DNA from: Geosiphon pyriformis uo1
Taxonomy: Eukaryota > Fungi > Glomeromycota
Length of the DNA: 27,564 nucleotides
Assembly (NCBI GenBank): GCA_016748015.1
Contig: JAAOMT010000394.1
Location: 1 to 27,564 of the forward strand
Direction of reading: 5' to 3'
This document shows, one piece after another, positions 24,251 to 27,564 of this stretch. Numbering within the stretch: the stretch's first letter is position 1; the number at the start of each line of letters is the position of its first letter. A program made the position numbers and the translations under genes. The notes beneath the pieces were generated by a model. That model was given only the letters and a program-made list of their open reading frames with translations. It was not told the DNA's origin and made no database searches.

Positions 24251-25679
24251 AACTTGAATATTTTGTATGGATAAAAAAGGATTTTTAAAGAGTTCGTCTT
24301 GCCAATAAATAAGAATTTTAACTTGTTACATCACATTCCCGGAAAAGCTAGGCCTTGAAAAAATCTGAAACACCAGAATGTAAATGTTTTGAAAAAAGAC
24401 GCTTTCTTCATTCACTCATTTACATTACTTAAACGGGATAGAAATCGTCTGGAACTCAAATGACTGCAAAAGGCATAAAAAATTTAAATATGCTTATCTT
24501 GATTGTTGAATTTGTTATTGACCTAATTTTTGACTAAAGATGACTTTACAACTAATATTAAATTCTGTAATAGTGGCAATTTTTGTAGCCGATTTTTGCT
24601 GCAATTGTAACAACATTTTCCTTCACCAATCTGCTAATTTAGGATTTTCAGTCCTTCATCTTGAAAAGAGAAAATAAAACTTTTGTCTCAGCTGGTTCAC
24701 TTATTTAGAAAGTCTTAAGATTTTAGGGATGTATCCGCCAATTAGCTGACCGGTTCTTTCACTTTGATCATGGATATTGTTGTCTTTTGTTATCGCACAT
24801 TCTTAATTTCATACATGTTCAACATATTTAAAATATATTTTGACATTTTATGTTCGAAATTTTCCATGAATTCATTGATCAATTATGAAATTCTATTTTA
24901 TTGAATTAGGGACTATATTTGGTATTTGAATAAAAACCCTACTGGTTGATATAAATTGCAAAAAGATAATTTATTTCTAAAATTAAATATGTATATTTAC
25001 TTGAATAGAGTGCCGTCTGGGGAATATTTCGTGCCATTACACCAACAGAATATCACGCCGTTCCTGGATGATGTGTGAAAAGAAAAAAAGGGTTAGTTTT
25101 GATGAAGCTTAAAGTGAGCGAGATGATCAACACTGGAAACGGTGCTATACTTTGCTCAAAGGCAAATTGGGATCAAATTGTTGTGAGCCTTCATATTTTA
25201 AACTTTGTAACTGGGAAACATTGACTAGCACCGTTGCCCTATTTAAGTATTTACCGCTAGCCAGAATCTTTGTTTTAGCATCCATCAATTGATTTTTCAT
25301 GTTACATCCGGTTCCTCAACCTATTCAGCCTAAAATATTTACTTGAATCGATCCTGCCTACTATATATTGGTTACAGTGCTTGTCTTGCGAGTGTGCAAG
25401 CTATGTTTACTATAAGCGTTCACAGTCTATGAGGAATCCAGAACCACAATTCCAAGCCACCACTGTGCTAGAAATTATAACATGTTGATCAATGCTGAGC
25501 AGTATGCCAAGCCGAAAAGAAAAACCGGTAATAATCGAGTTATGAGCGAAAAAATAAACAAACTAAATAAATTTCAAGCAATATAATTTAATGATAATTT
25601 TACCCGTTCTTTAAATGCTGATCACTCATGAATAAATATCAGGATTTTTTATTTCATGTAAAAGAGTCACTACATAAAC

Positions 25680-26055
25680 GTGTTCCCAGCTATATATTAT
25701 GAGAGTACGGCTGTATTGCATATCGTTTATTCAATGATTATGAACACAATATTTCAGGAAGATAACTCTCCAATTCACAAGTGGGAAAGTTACGAAATCA
25801 AGATAATCTTGGAATGGTCTCCACGAGCGTCAGATAGAAAAAATTGGAAGAGAAGCCAAAAATTTTATTTACCGACGAACAGAAACTGGTTTGGAGGAGA
25901 GCGTGCTTGCTAGCATAATTCTGATGGAAACTTTTAGGTATTTTACTGCATCGAATGGTATTCAATCAAAGACAATTCTTCAATTTATTGACTCGATGCC
26001 AAAACGTGTTAAAGAAGTCATAAAAAGAAAGGTTATGCGGCCATTTTATAGTGGT
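25680..26055 (+). mobile_element. Tc1/mariner (DDE_3) transposase C-terminal relic
   Basis: IFQEDNSPIHK..ILEWSPRASD and IDSMPKRVKEVIKRK, then a frameshift to GYATI. No intact transposase or TIR pair was recognised. Confidence 0.8.
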
Positions 26056-26377
26056 ATGTTTTCAATAATAAAATTATAATGGAAAATGTATTCTTATTAA
26101 AAAATAAAAGCAGCAAGCCATTATGATAGCTTTTTTAATATCCATCTGCTTGTACTTTAAGCCCGTGTTGATCCTGGTGTGACTATGAGGGTGGGGCTGT
26201 ATCAAATGGTTTAACTTTTCTTTCCCTTCAATAACTGCAATATGTATAAACACAAAAAATTCTAAACAAACGCTGTTTTTGGGATCTTTCGTTTCTTTAA
26301 TCTTAGTAAATCTTGCATTCAAAAAATAATTTTTATATCGTACACCATACAACTTTTGAATTTTATCTTCATAAAAA

Positions 26378-27098
26378 ATGTTTAGAATTATTTTCCTCTT
26401 GATTACTATCCTTTCGTATTGGGTTAGGGTGGACGGTGCTACTTTAATCCCAGAATGCAAAGCTTGCACAGATACGGATGCCGCTCTCTCTACTTGTCTT
26501 GGCACAAGTTCGGTCAGTGAAGTCAAGAACTTACCTAAAGAAACTATATTGGATTGCTTTTGCAAGCAGACCATAATTAATGGATATGCGAGGTAGGTGA
26601 AAACTTTTGGGGATATTAGAGCGTGTTCGTGGGTAAATGTACTTGAGTTGAATGAAAAACAAGCTGGGTTAGTAATTTTACTAATAGATACTCAAATACA
26701 TAAACAGCTGCTTTAAATGCCCATCATCAGTTGAATATGGATCGACTGAATATGCTTCGGTATCTGGTATGCAGTCTAGTTGATGCATTGTCATCGATTG
26801 TCGCGCGTCTCTTAGTTTTCGCTATATTTTCTTTACAGATACCATCAAAAGTTGCAAAATTTATTACCCGAGCAGAGCTATAATCGACCCAACTGAAAAC
26901 TCAACTGAGACAACCGGAAAGTCAACAGAGACAACCGAAAAGCCAACTGAGACAACCAAAAATTCAGACACCATTAAAGGCCCATTTGGGATTAAAACTA
27001 TGATAAATAGCGCCAGTGATATTAAGTACAACGGTTTTTGGAATCATATAATTGCTGTTTTCCTGCTAATTTTTCTCTCGAAAGTTTTCCTTTTGTAA
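26378..27098 (+). CDS. CFEM-like 8-cysteine cell-surface protein, predicted GPI-anchored (177 aa); exons 26378-26592, 26708-26766, 26839-27098
   Basis: The spliced frame is open. It gives a signal-peptide-like start, PEC-x2-C-x9-C-x19-CFC-x10-C-x2-C-x20-C, a stalk with (S/P)TETT repeats, small residues NSAS, then hydrophobic IIAVFLLIFLSKVFLL*. Cys spacing resembles but does not exactly match the CFEM consensus. Confidence 0.85.
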
Positions 27099-27564
27099 TT
27101 GTAACATTAGAGTTAGCTAGAATTTGAATCGACTTCTTTTTGCCTCCCATAAAAGCTGTACTTTTCATTTTATTATATAGTATACTCTAGGCTATTGGCC
27201 AATTTTTCGCATATAAAAGTTTCGTTTGAAAAATAAAATTCACTCAAGTTTTAAATTTTGTTACAAAAAAACGATGAGCGTTTCGGTATTCATTAATTCC
27301 AAATTTATGAAATATAAACTGGGTTCAGATTAAATTTTTCACAAATTATCAGTTATATTAAAAATCTTGATAACTTTTCATGTATTTTGTATAAATTATC
27401 AAATACAAAATATCTATTTGAAATATTATATATGTTATATTGGCTTAAGTTAACAAAATAGAAAATATTATTAAAGTCAAATTCTGGGTTTTATTGTAAT
27501 TACTTTTAATATTTCAACTTATTTTTTTAATAAATATTACTATTGTTAAATTTTTTGAATTGAA

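Larger units (their letters stand above)
25485..27564 (+). repeat. Outer inverted duplication, right arm (runs off the window)
   Basis: Reverse complement of 2590-4540. Confidence 0.95.

Noticed and set aside
26890-26960. Repeated caactgagacaacc units as a CRISPR-like or regulatory array
   Set aside because: They are 18-nt in-frame coding repeats for the TETT stalk, with no unique spacers, in a eukaryotic context.

Overview
Very AT-rich eukaryotic DNA with short GT..AG introns. A tyrosine-kinase-like (TKL) kinase relic and a Sel1-repeat relic make a Glomeromycotina-type fungus (arbuscular mycorrhizal or Geosiphon-like) the most likely source; this is inference. The ORF track fragments the real genes, so I rebuilt them by splicing by hand. 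The window is a birth-and-death cluster of predicted secreted or surface proteins arranged as two nested inverted duplications (about 2590-4540 / 25485-27564+ and about 7095-10141 / 17265-19883). It contains: (i) three class-3 lipase-fold genes, two intact (4 exons each) and one pseudogene, all with Gly in place of the catalytic Ser (GHGEG, GHGSG, DHGEG) while the Asp and His positions are kept; (ii) a secreted beta/gamma-crystallin-like protein head-to-head with one of them; (iii) three copies of an 8-Cys CFEM-like gene: a full GPI-anchor-type form, a truncated anchor-less form and a pseudogene. The two young CFEM-like copies differ at 15 codons, all amino-acid changing; (iv) TKL kinase and Sel1 pseudogenes, Tc1/mariner relics and microsatellites. 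No rRNA, tRNA or CRISPR array was seen. All alignments and counts were done by eye, and repeat boundaries are approximate.
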